DNA from: Gammaproteobacteria bacterium
GTDB taxonomy: Bacteria; Pseudomonadota; Gammaproteobacteria; Magnimaribacterales; TMED112
Assembly: GCA_038147295.1 (NCBI GenBank)
Contig: JAYQTH010000002.1
Location: 74,243-138,242 of the forward strand
DNA length: 64,000 nt
Direction: 5' to 3'
In this document: piece after piece, positions 56,009 through 64,000 of the stretch
How the letters are laid out: the number at the start of each line of letters is the position of its first letter
Numbering within the stretch: the stretch's first letter is position 1
Translations under genes and position numbers: made by a program
The notes under the pieces: model-generated
Seen by the model: the letters and a program-made list of their open reading frames with translations, nothing else
Databases searched by the model: none
Told to the model about the DNA's origin: nothing

Positions 56009-57219
56009 TGGCTCCTCAAATTTACAGTGAAAAAAGATTTGGTGTAAATTCTAATCAACTTTCAAAAAATGCCCTCGGGATAATAGATAAGCTTCAAAAA
56101 AAAGGGTTTGATGCCTACATTGTAGGGGGCGGAATTAGAGATCTAATAAAAGGCCTTCAGCCAAAAGATTTTGATATAGCTACCAATTGCCAGCCAGAAG
56201 AAATTAGAAAATTATTCAAGAATTCAAGAATAATTGGCAGGAGGTTTCAACTTGTCCATATCACTTTTCCAAATGAAATAGTTGAGACCACAACCTTTAG
56301 ATCTGGAAAGAATAGCAACGATGATTCAATGCAGATTAATGATGGTGGCAGGATCTTACGAGATAATGTGTGGGGTACACAAGAGGAGGATGTTTTTCGA
56401 AGAGACTTTACTATTAACTCTATCTATTACGACCCCTTCTCAAAAGAAATTATCGATTACACAGCTGGAATTAAAGACCTTAAGTCCAAAGTCATTAAAT
56501 TTATTGGCGATCCAGAGCAGCGGATTAAGGAGGATCCCGTCAGGATTCTTAGAGCGATAAGGTTTGCCGCAAAATTAAATTTTAAAATTGAAAAAAGAGC
56601 TCTCCCAGCAATTAAAAAATATAGAGCTCAAATTACAGATATGCCTCCGGCAAGAGTATATGAAGAAATAGCGAAACTATTTCTTTTGGGTCACAGCGAG
56701 AATTCATACTGCTTGCTGAAAGAGCTTGGAGTTTTGCAAATCCTCTTTCCACACACCAACTTAAATAAAGAGAGGTACGATACTTTCTTTACAAATGCTT
56801 TTAGAGATACCGATGAGCGGTTTAAGCAAAATAAAAAACTTAATCCTGGTTTCTTATTTGCTACATTACTTTGGCCTAAAGTGTTTGAAGAATCAGAAAT
56901 TGAGACAAAGATAAACTTCAGAAAGTTTTACCAAACTACTGCCAATGTTATTAGAAGACAACAATTAATTACTGCAATACCAAGAAGATTCACAAGCTTT
57001 ATTAAAGACGTCTGGATGTATCAAATAAGGTTCAATAAAATAGGTAAAAAATCTATAAGCTTCTCACAAAGTCTACGCTTTAGAGCAGCCTATGATTTCC
57101 TACTTATTCGGAAACAACTAGAACCTGACTTAGAAGAAAGAATCAATTGGTGGACTGAATTTAAAACTGCTAATTACGACAAAAAAATAAGACTCCTAAA
57201 ATTGAAGCGTAAAAGATGA
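56008..57219 (+). CDS. pcnB: poly(A) polymerase I
   Basis: 403 aa with a GTG start. Motifs GGGIRDLIKGLQPKDFDIAT and RRDFTINS..YD. Basic C-terminus. Confidence 0.88.
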   Translation: MAPQIYSEKRFGVNSNQLSKNALGIIDKLQKKGFDAYIVGGGIRDLIKGLQPKDFDIATNCQPEEIRKLFKNSRIIGRRFQLVHITFPNEIVETTTFRSGKNSNDDSMQINDGGRILRDNVWGTQEEDVFRRDFTINSIYYDPFSKEIIDYTAGIKDLKSKVIKFIGDPEQRIKEDPVRILRAIRFAAKLNFKIEKRALPAIKKYRAQITDMPPARVYEEIAKLFLLGHSENSYCLLKELGVLQILFPHTNLNKERYDTFFTNAFRDTDERFKQNKKLNPGFLFATLLWPKVFEESEIETKINFRKFYQTTANVIRRQQLITAIPRRFTSFIKDVWMYQIRFNKIGKKSISFSQSLRFRAAYDFLLIRKQLEPDLEERINWWTEFKTANYDKKIRLLKLKRKR

Positions 57220-57869
57220 TCCCATCACAACTACCAAAATATCTTGCAATTGAAGGGCCTATTGGAGTTGGCAAGACTTCACTTGCAGAAAAGATTGCTA
57301 GAGAATTTCAATACGAGCTATGCTTAGAAAAGCCCGATGAAAACCCCTTTTTAAAAGACTTTTATTTAGATAGTGAAAAGCATGCTTTTACTACTCAAAT
57401 ACACTTTGTAATGCAAAGATCTCAGCAGATTAATAAATATTTTTCTGATGAACTTATTGATAAAAAAATCATTTCAGATTTTATTTTTCAAAAGGAAGAT
57501 TTGTTTGCAAAACTCAATCTTTCTACAGCTGAATATGAAACATTTCTTTCTATAAAATCTAAATTTTATAACTCGTACCCTAAACCTGATTTGGTAATTT
57601 ATCTGCAAGCATCGCCAAAGAGTATTTTTGAAAAAATTAAAGCCAGAGGTAAGGACTATGAGGAGAAATTATCATTCAACTACCTTCAGAGGGTATGTGA
57701 AATGTATACCGACTTTTTCTTTGATTATTCCAATTCACCTTTATTAGTTTTGAATGTAGACGATATTGATTTTGTCTCAAATCAAAAAGACTATGAAACA
57801 TTGATAAACCACCTTAAAAGAGAGATAGTTGGTAAAGAATATATTAATCTATCTCCGCAAATTTTTTGA
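57216..57869 (+). CDS. deoxynucleoside kinase family protein
   Basis: 217 aa. P-loop IEGPIGVGKTS, ..E(K)PDENPFL.. and ..FVMQR.., a dNK (PF01712-like) pattern. 4-nt overlaps on both sides. Confidence 0.7.
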   Translation: MIPSQLPKYLAIEGPIGVGKTSLAEKIAREFQYELCLEKPDENPFLKDFYLDSEKHAFTTQIHFVMQRSQQINKYFSDELIDKKIISDFIFQKEDLFAKLNLSTAEYETFLSIKSKFYNSYPKPDLVIYLQASPKSIFEKIKARGKDYEEKLSFNYLQRVCEMYTDFFFDYSNSPLLVLNVDDIDFVSNQKDYETLINHLKREIVGKEYINLSPQIF

Positions 57870-58330
57870 TGAAATTTAAACTAATAACACTTGAGCATAC
57901 TCAAATTATTGCAAAGGAAATCGCAAGCTTTATCAAAGATAGCAATGGGTTTTACACTTTCTTGCTGTATGGCAACTTAGGCACAGGTAAAACAACATTA
58001 GTTAGAGAGATTTTGAAAAACCTTGGGTGGGAAAAACCAGTTAAAAGTCCAACTTTTAGTATCGTTGAAGAATATTTACTTCCAAATAAAGATATTTATC
58101 ACGCTGACCTATATAGATTAAAAAGTTTAAATGACTTTGAAATGCTGGGCCTAGATATTAATTACTCTAATCCTGGAATATTGTTTGTTGAGTGGCCAGA
58201 AATAATTGCCGAAGATATTGAAGGCAAAATTATTAAAATATCTATTGAAATGGATAAGGAACAAAGAAATTTAGAGGTCAGAACTGACTGTGATGATTTT
58301 TTAGCTTGCATTAATAGGGTCAATATCTAA
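57866..58330 (+). CDS. tsaE: tRNA t6A37 biosynthesis ATPase TsaE
   Basis: 154 aa. GNLGTGKTTLVR, ..SPTFSIVEEY.. and ..HADLYRL... Confidence 0.85.
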   Translation: MMKFKLITLEHTQIIAKEIASFIKDSNGFYTFLLYGNLGTGKTTLVREILKNLGWEKPVKSPTFSIVEEYLLPNKDIYHADLYRLKSLNDFEMLGLDINYSNPGILFVEWPEIIAEDIEGKIIKISIEMDKEQRNLEVRTDCDDFLACINRVNI

Positions 58331-60268
58331 CACCCAATTGGCGACATTCTTTTTTTCTTCTTTTAGTTGCTCTGTGAACAGTTTTACTTCTTGCAATAGC
58401 CTTTCTTTGTTTTCAGACTGTATAATGCAAAATTTTCTAAATTTATAAGCTTGTTTGCCAATAGGGCTGTCAAATGGTCCATAGACCTCTATCTGGTCTT
58501 TTGATAGGTGTGCTTTAGCACCTATTAAAAATTCATTAAGTCGGTCTTGATTTGAATCCTCAGCCTTTAAATAAATTAAATTTATGTAAGGCAGCAATCC
58601 CAGCTGCTTTCTTTCCTTAAGCATGAGCTCAGCAACTTGAGCATAATTTCCTGTTTTTAACTTCTGTAACAATGGGTGATCAGAGAGTCTGGTTTGCAAG
58701 AAGACATCAGACTGATTATTGCGCCTCCCTGCTCTACCTGCAACTTGAACTAATAGTTGTGCTGTTTGCTCTTGAATATGAAGATCTGCACCAAAAAATC
58801 CAAAATCCAAGTTTAAGACAATAATCGTTGATAAGTTAGTGAAGTCATGTCCTTTAGCGAGCAACTGGGTCCCAACAAAGATTTTTGGCTTATCGTCAAT
58901 TATAGTATCTCTGCTTATCTCTCTTTTGGATTTAGACGATACTGAATCTCTATCAATTCTTATTGTTTGATATTCTGGAAACCTTTCTTGCAACATCTCT
59001 TCTATTTGTTGTGTGCCAACTCCTTTATATTCAAAATGGTCATGGCCACATTCAGGACAAACTGGTGGCAATCTCCATGAAGAGTCACATCTGTGGCACT
59101 TTAGCCTTCGATCAGAGGAGTGGTAAACAAGCTCAACATCACAGCAATTACTTTTAGCCACCCAGCCACACCCATCACAGAAAAACACAGTGGCATACCC
59201 TCTTCGATTTAAGAGTATTAATGCTTGTTTACTCTTATCTAATGTTTTCTCAATTTCATCAATTAATAAATTACTAACTCCGCTTGAGAGTTGTTGCTTA
59301 TTTATTGCATGAATATTTATCTTAGGTTGTTTAAAATTTCCGTAACGTTTTTCTAAATGAAAGTTATCTATTTCCTTTGCAGCAGACTTTCTTAGCAGAT
59401 TCAGAGATGGTGTAGCGGATGAATAGATTATCTTAGCCCCGTCTGGTGCTAATTCATTTGCAAGAAATTTGGCATCGTATCTAAACCCTTCATTTTGTTT
59501 GAAAGACTGATCATGCTCCTCATCAAAGATTATTGCGCCAAAATTTTTAAGTGGCAAAAAAATTGAGGACCTTGTTCCAATAACCACTAAAGCTTCCCCA
59601 TTTTGACATCTTAACCAAACCTTATATCTCTGAAGGTCAGTTAATCCTGAATGAAATACATGCACTTTCTCACCGAAATCTTTTTGAAAACTTCCAAATA
59701 CTTGAGGAGTTAAAAAAATTTCTGGCACCAGCACTAGGCTACTTTTGTTCTTCTGTAACATTTGCTTGATGTAATGCTTATACACTTCGGTTTTACCGGA
59801 AGAAGTTACGCCAAACAAAAGAAATTCCTTATTTTTTGATTTTTTTATCGAATCAAGGCATTGCGTTTGCTCGTCTGTAAGCTTCACTAACTTTGGTTCA
59901 GCAAGGATATGAGTCGCATGCAAGTCATCGTATTTTTTTAAGAATTGAGTATTGTGTCTTTTTCTTAATAGGTTTGGTATGAACGCATGCACCACCTCTC
60001 CAATAGGGTGGAAATAATAATCTGCAAGATTTTTTATTGAGTCTAGAAGTTGTTTCGAGAACAAAGGCTGCTCATCAAGAATCTCTGTTATTTCTTTTAA
60101 TTGAAATGCTGAAGAAGTCTCATCAGATTCAGTCAATACGAGACCCATCAGTGTCCTCCTCCCGAATGGCACAACCACACGTTTGCCGACCAAACTATAA
60201 GAAAATGGATTCTTGTAAGTGAAAGTAGATCTAATTGGAGTTGGTAGAGCTACTTCAACAAATTTCAT
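58301..60268 (-). CDS. priA: primosomal replication protein N' (PriA helicase)
   Basis: 655 aa. Walker [17 protein letters not shown], and a Cys-rich zinc region (CDGCG..C..CHRCD..CPECG). Divergent from rpmE. Confidence 0.92.
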   Translation of the reverse strand: MKFVEVALPTPIRSTFTYKNPFSYSLVGKRVVVPFGRRTLMGLVLTESDETSSAFQLKEITEILDEQPLFSKQLLDSIKNLADYYFHPIGEVVHAFIPNLLRKRHNTQFLKKYDDLHATHILAEPKLVKLTDEQTQCLDSIKKSKNKEFLLFGVTSSGKTEVYKHYIKQMLQKNKSSLVLVPEIFLTPQVFGSFQKDFGEKVHVFHSGLTDLQRYKVWLRCQNGEALVVIGTRSSIFLPLKNFGAIIFDEEHDQSFKQNEGFRYDAKFLANELAPDGAKIIYSSATPSLNLLRKSAAKEIDNFHLEKRYGNFKQPKINIHAINKQQLSSGVSNLLIDEIEKTLDKSKQALILLNRRGYATVFFCDGCGWVAKSNCCDVELVYHSSDRRLKCHRCDSSWRLPPVCPECGHDHFEYKGVGTQQIEEMLQERFPEYQTIRIDRDSVSSKSKREISRDTIIDDKPKIFVGTQLLAKGHDFTNLSTIIVLNLDFGFFGADLHIQEQTAQLLVQVAGRAGRRNNQSDVFLQTRLSDHPLLQKLKTGNYAQVAELMLKERKQLGLLPYINLIYLKAEDSNQDRLNEFLIGAKAHLSKDQIEVYGPFDSPIGKQAYKFRKFCIIQSENKERLLQEVKLFTEQLKEEKKNVANWVLDIDPINAS

Positions 60269-60325
60269 CTAGTTATTGTAATAGATAATTTATTTGATAT
60301 TATTTCCCATTCAAATAACGGTGAT

Positions 60326-60535
60326 ATGAAAAAAGATTTGCATCCAAAATATCAAACAATCAAAGCAACATGCAGTTGTGGAAATGTTATAGAGGTTAAT
60401 TCAACTTTAGCTTCAGATATTAATGTTGATATTTGTTCCAACTGCCATCCTTTTTATACAGGACAACAGAAGATTGTTGATACCGGTGGTAGAGTGCAAA
60501 GATTTGAGAAAAAATTTGGAAAGTCAGCCAGTTAA
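60326..60535 (+). CDS. rpmE: 50S ribosomal protein L31 (Cys-containing, Zn-ribbon type)
   Basis: 69 aa. [23 protein letters not shown]. Confidence 0.95.
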   Translation: MKKDLHPKYQTIKATCSCGNVIEVNSTLASDINVDICSNCHPFYTGQQKIVDTGGRVQRFEKKFGKSAS

Positions 60536-60984
60536 TTCTTTCCAGTACTACCAAAACCCATCTCCCCTCTTTCAGACTCAGTAAATTCATCAACTTGCTC
60601 TAATTCAACTTGATTTACTTTAAGAACAACTAGTTGCGCAACTCTGTCGCCTGGATTTATTGAAATTGGTTCATCAGACCTATTCCACAGAGAAATGCTA
60701 AGTGGACCTTGATAGTCTGAATCAATTAGCCCTGTTAGATTTCCGCAAACCAAACCTTTTTTTGCTCCCAGACCTGACCTAGGTATCACTATCCCGGCAT
60801 AACCACTGTCTTCGATAAAAATTGCAATACCAGATGAAATAATTGTTGATTCGTTGGGATCGAGAATCATTTCATCATCAATGCAGGCAATGAGATCTAT
60901 GCCTGCAGAGCCGCTAGTTTGGTGTTTTGGAATTGGGAAATTAGATCCAATCCTGGAATCAAGGATCTTAAATTTAAGTTTCAT
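60532..60984 (-). CDS. dut: dUTP diphosphatase
   Basis: 150 aa. ..SAGIDL.., ..IPRSGLG.. and ..GLIDSDYQG.. motifs. Confidence 0.93.
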   Translation of the reverse strand: MKLKFKILDSRIGSNFPIPKHQTSGSAGIDLIACIDDEMILDPNESTIISSGIAIFIEDSGYAGIVIPRSGLGAKKGLVCGNLTGLIDSDYQGPLSISLWNRSDEPISINPGDRVAQLVVLKVNQVELEQVDEFTESERGEMGFGSTGKN

Positions 60985-61041
60985 TTGCTAAGTGTTAATT
61001 ATTGCATAAATTTGATTACTATTTTATTATCATGCGTTCTT

Positions 61042-61279
61042 ATGAGTAAGGTATGTCAAGTAACAGGTAAAAAAGCCATGGTAGGCAATCATGTCTCCCA
61101 TGCAAAAAACCGTGTTAAAAGGCTTTTTAAGCCAAACCTACATAGCCACAAGTTTTGGGTTGAATCAGAAAAAAAATTCATCACATTAACAGTTTCGGCA
61201 AAAGGGATGAGAATTATTGATAAAAAAGGTATCGATGTTGTCCTTATCTGACATTCGCTCTAAAGGAATCAAAGTCTAG
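61042..61279 (+). CDS. rpmB: 50S ribosomal protein L28, with an apparent +1 frame disruption near the 3' end
   Basis: The start is ATG 61042 ([21 protein letters not shown]..). The intact frame stops at 61251 (..GIDVVLI*). The +1 frame gives [10 protein letters not shown], ending at TAG 61277-61279. That parallels E. coli ..GIDTVLAELRARGEKY and abuts the maf GTG (TAGTG). Confidence 0.85.
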
Positions 61280-61851
61280 TGCTGCTTCTGGCATCTGCAT
61301 CACAAAGAAGAACAGAATTACTTGATCTCATAAAAATCGAACATAAAGTTGTTGCTCAGAATTTTGACGAAGATAGTGTTACCAATTCTGATCCTTTTAT
61401 GCACTCTCAAGAAATAGTGAAAGGCAAGAATGAAAGTGCGTACAACTTATTAAATGAAGAGGATAAAAAATTGCCGATATTAACGTCAGATACTTTGGTA
61501 TTTACTCCATCTGGCGAAATATTAGGCAAACCTATGAACGATGATGACAATATTGCGATGTTAGAAAAGTTTTCCAATACAACCCACAGCGTTTTTTCCT
61601 CAGTAATGGTAAGACTGCAAGATCAAACCAAGATTAAAACTTGCGAAACCTTAGTAACATTCAAGAAACTCTCAGATGATGAAATAAAATCTTATGTTTA
61701 CTCTAATGAAGGCAAAGGTAAGGCTGGTGGATATGGAATTCATGGGCCAGCTGGCAAATTTATATCAAGAATCGAAGGCAGCTATACGAACGTCGTAGGC
61801 CTTCCTGTTCACGAGACATATGAGATTTTGAGCGATTTAAAAATTATTTAG
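61279..61851 (+). CDS. maf: Maf-like nucleoside triphosphate pyrophosphatase
   Basis: 190 aa with a GTG start. LLLASASQRR.. and ..GKAGGYGI.. motifs. Confidence 0.85.
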   Translation: MLLLASASQRRTELLDLIKIEHKVVAQNFDEDSVTNSDPFMHSQEIVKGKNESAYNLLNEEDKKLPILTSDTLVFTPSGEILGKPMNDDDNIAMLEKFSNTTHSVFSSVMVRLQDQTKIKTCETLVTFKKLSDDEIKSYVYSNEGKGKAGGYGIHGPAGKFISRIEGSYTNVVGLPVHETYEILSDLKII

Positions 61852-62939
61852 TTTTTATTGGCAAACTCTATTATTTTCTCTTTAGCTTTTGGAAACTTAT
61901 CTAAAAATTTCATTCCCTCATTGAGGACAGATTTCGAAAGTCCTACTGAATTTCCAAATGCTCCAAATAAGGATTGGATTATCCAGGTCATCTGGGCGTT
62001 CTTGGTATTTCTCTTTGCACTGTAATCATTCATAGCAGGCAGATTTCCTGAAATAATTTTATCTAGGTTGTCTGCGATATGCATCGCGTCGCCAATTCCT
62101 AGATTTAAACCTTGTCCTGCCATTGGATGAAACGAATTACCAGCATCTCCACAAAGTACCACTCGACCTGAATGCAAGCTCTTTGCACTATGATGCTTAA
62201 GATCATGTCCCCCAGAGATTGATTTAACTTCGCCTATATTTAAATGTTTTGCATTATTTTTAATTAAAGTATTAAGTTCATTTAACGGATCTGTAGTGAC
62301 GTTGGTGCAGAAGATAATTGAGTAATACTGTTTATCCAATGAAAGAGGTAAAAATGCGAGCGTTCCAGATTGTGAAAAAAATTGATGGGCCTCATTTTTA
62401 TGTTCAGCTTCAACAAGAGCAACATACGCTTTTTGACCGTAATACCATTCATCAACAACAAATTCACTGAGACCTCTAAGAGTTGAGTTAATCCCATCAC
62501 ATCCAAATGCCATAGCCCCCTTGTAGGACTTACTCTCAGTATGCAATGTAATAGATCTCTCGCTCTCTTTCATTGCATTTATTTCCTGGCCCATAATTAT
62601 TGTTTTTTCAAGTCCTTTGAGCATCTGAGAATGAAGTGTATCAAGCTGACAAATAGTAGAGATTTTTTGTTCATCCTTATTTAATGAGAGGTTTAACTCG
62701 GTATCCTGATATAAAAGCATATTATTCACAGGGGTAGCCCAAGCGTTGATGTCCAAATTTTTATCTAAAGTATTAAGGAATCGGATGGAGTCGTTTGTGA
62801 GGGCTACGGTTCTTTCTGGGTTCTCAAAAAATTGGCTATTCTTCTCTAGTATTAAAAAGGGAATATCTCTTTGCTGCAGCAGCTTAGCCAGTACTAGGCC
62901 ATTCACTCCTGATCCTACAATTAAGATTTGATTTGTCAT
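61848..62939 (-). CDS. ubiH: FAD-dependent ubiquinone biosynthesis hydroxylase (UbiH/UbiF/VisC/COQ6 family)
   Basis: 363 aa. N-terminal ILIVGSGVNGL and ..GDAGNSFHPMAGQGLNLG... pepP-ubiH synteny as in E. coli. Confidence 0.75.
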   Translation of the reverse strand: MTNQILIVGSGVNGLVLAKLLQQRDIPFLILEKNSQFFENPERTVALTNDSIRFLNTLDKNLDINAWATPVNNMLLYQDTELNLSLNKDEQKISTICQLDTLHSQMLKGLEKTIIMGQEINAMKESERSITLHTESKSYKGAMAFGCDGINSTLRGLSEFVVDEWYYGQKAYVALVEAEHKNEAHQFFSQSGTLAFLPLSLDKQYYSIIFCTNVTTDPLNELNTLIKNNAKHLNIGEVKSISGGHDLKHHSAKSLHSGRVVLCGDAGNSFHPMAGQGLNLGIGDAMHIADNLDKIISGNLPAMNDYSAKRNTKNAQMTWIIQSLFGAFGNSVGLSKSVLNEGMKFLDKFPKAKEKIIEFANKN

Positions 62940-64000
62940 TAAGATTGCATCAATTCTTCAATTTGATCAGCTGAAGAAGGTACCGAAGCAGTTAAATTCT
63001 CATAGCCATTCTCGGTAACTAATATATCGTCCTCTATCCTAATACCTATCCCTTTCCACTTATCATCAATAGGTGCTGAATCATTCACATATATACCTGG
63101 CTCAATTGTCATTGCCATATTTTTTTCAAACTTTATTTCGTTACCTTCAAGAAAATATGGACAATCGTCATGAACATCCAAACCAATCCAGTGGCCAATC
63201 TTGTGATAGTAATATTCTCTGAAGAGTTGTTTATCAAGAATTTCATCAAGACTTTCTTTTAAAAAGCCAAGGTCTTTTAATCCTTGAGATATTATCCTTT
63301 CTGAAACTCTTTGAGGTTCAAGACATGAATTGCCAACTTTAGCAGCTTCGCAGGCTTGATCATGAGCCTCTAGTACGACATCATAGATGGCCTTTTGCTC
63401 TGAAGAGAATTTTCCATTAATCGGGTAGGTCCTGGTAATATCTGATGCATAAAGCCCATACTCACATCCAGCATCAACAAGAACCAGCTCCCCATCATTG
63501 ATTGCTTGATTGTTATCAACGTAGTGCAAAACGCATGCATTTTTCCCTCCAGCTACTATAGGGTTGTAAGAAGGAAACCTTGATCCTCTTTTTCGAAACT
63601 CATTTAAATACATTGATTCAAGATCAAATTCACTCATTCCTACCTGAACATTTTTCATGACCTCTTTGTGAGCTTGTGCTGCTATCTCACAAGAATTTCT
63701 CATCAATTCAACCTCTTCGTCACCCTTTATCAGCCGCTGATACCCAAGAGCGTTTGAATAATTTTTTAAATCTATATTTCCTTGGTGTCTTTCAAGGCTA
63801 TTGGCTTTGGTAATCCAACCAATAATGTTGTTATCAAAAACATTGTCTTTGCCAACAAGTGAGTAAATCGATTTCGAACCCCTAATTAATTCTGGAACTA
63901 TATTTGCTATATCGGCAATGTCATAAGCATTATCAAACTTCAAGATATCTTTGGCTCCTTCAATGCCATACATATAACCATCCCACTTTTCTAAATCTGG
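62939..64000 (-). CDS. pepP: Xaa-Pro aminopeptidase, partial (N-terminus beyond window)
   Basis: The frame is open to position 64000 (..PDLEKWDGYMYGIEG..). M24B motifs ..VLVDAGCEY..YASDITRT.., ..HKIGHWIGLDVHD.. and ..GIRIEDDILV... Confidence 0.88.
   Translation of the reverse strand, partial: PDLEKWDGYMYGIEGAKDILKFDNAYDIADIANIVPELIRGSKSIYSLVGKDNVFDNNIIGWITKANSLERHQGNIDLKNYSNALGYQRLIKGDEEVELMRNSCEIAAQAHKEVMKNVQVGMSEFDLESMYLNEFRKRGSRFPSYNPIVAGGKNACVLHYVDNNQAINDGELVLVDAGCEYGLYASDITRTYPINGKFSSEQKAIYDVVLEAHDQACEAAKVGNSCLEPQRVSERIISQGLKDLGFLKESLDEILDKQLFREYYYHKIGHWIGLDVHDDCPYFLEGNEIKFEKNMAMTIEPGIYVNDSAPIDDKWKGIGIRIEDDILVTENGYENLTASVPSSADQIEELMQS

Noticed and set aside
49452-61251. Programmed +1 frameshifting at the tyrS (GTC-TAA-A) and rpmB (ATC-TGA-C) stops, by analogy with prfB
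   Set aside because: There is no slippery P-site codon and no upstream SD-like stimulator. The mrcA and phzF breaks are plainly not at stop codons. Sequence error is the simpler common explanation.

Overview
This is an AT-rich (about one-third G+C by eye, not computed), very gene-dense chromosomal segment with gammaproteobacterial core synteny: glyA-nrdR-ribD-ribB-ribH-nusB, purA-hflC-hflK-miaA, waaA/lpxL, mrcA/aroK-aroB, tyrS/M23-anmK/erpA, pcnB, priA/rpmE, dut/rpmB and pepP-ubiH. Many genes overlap by 1-30 nt, intergenic DNA is minimal, there are three TonB-dependent receptors (TBDRs), and several usually conserved neighbours are absent. That fits a streamlined marine oligotroph; SAR86-like is my guess and is inference only. 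I saw no CRISPR array, IS element, integrase, prophage or recognisable defence genes. The only RNA features I can support are tRNA-Ala(UGC), tRNA-Ile(GAU) and one TPP riboswitch. Main points of interest: (1) a TBDR interrupted by five poly-His/Glu tracts, in a co-oriented block with a small Cys/His protein, a second TBDR and two periplasmic phosphatases; (2) a TPP-riboswitch-controlled TBDR / PnuC-like / kinase operon, probably for thiamine salvage; (3) five single-nucleotide frame disruptions in four genes, three of them normally indispensable (mrcA twice, a phzF-like gene, tyrS, rpmB), which look like sequence errors and need read-level checking; (4) several uncharacterised proteins: a His/Met-rich anchored protein, a 2-Cys DksA, a diiron protein, a GT4/methyltransferase/alpha-toroid cassette and an unannotated 48-aa basic ORF. 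All homology calls come from motifs read by eye and from memory. No searches or computations were run.
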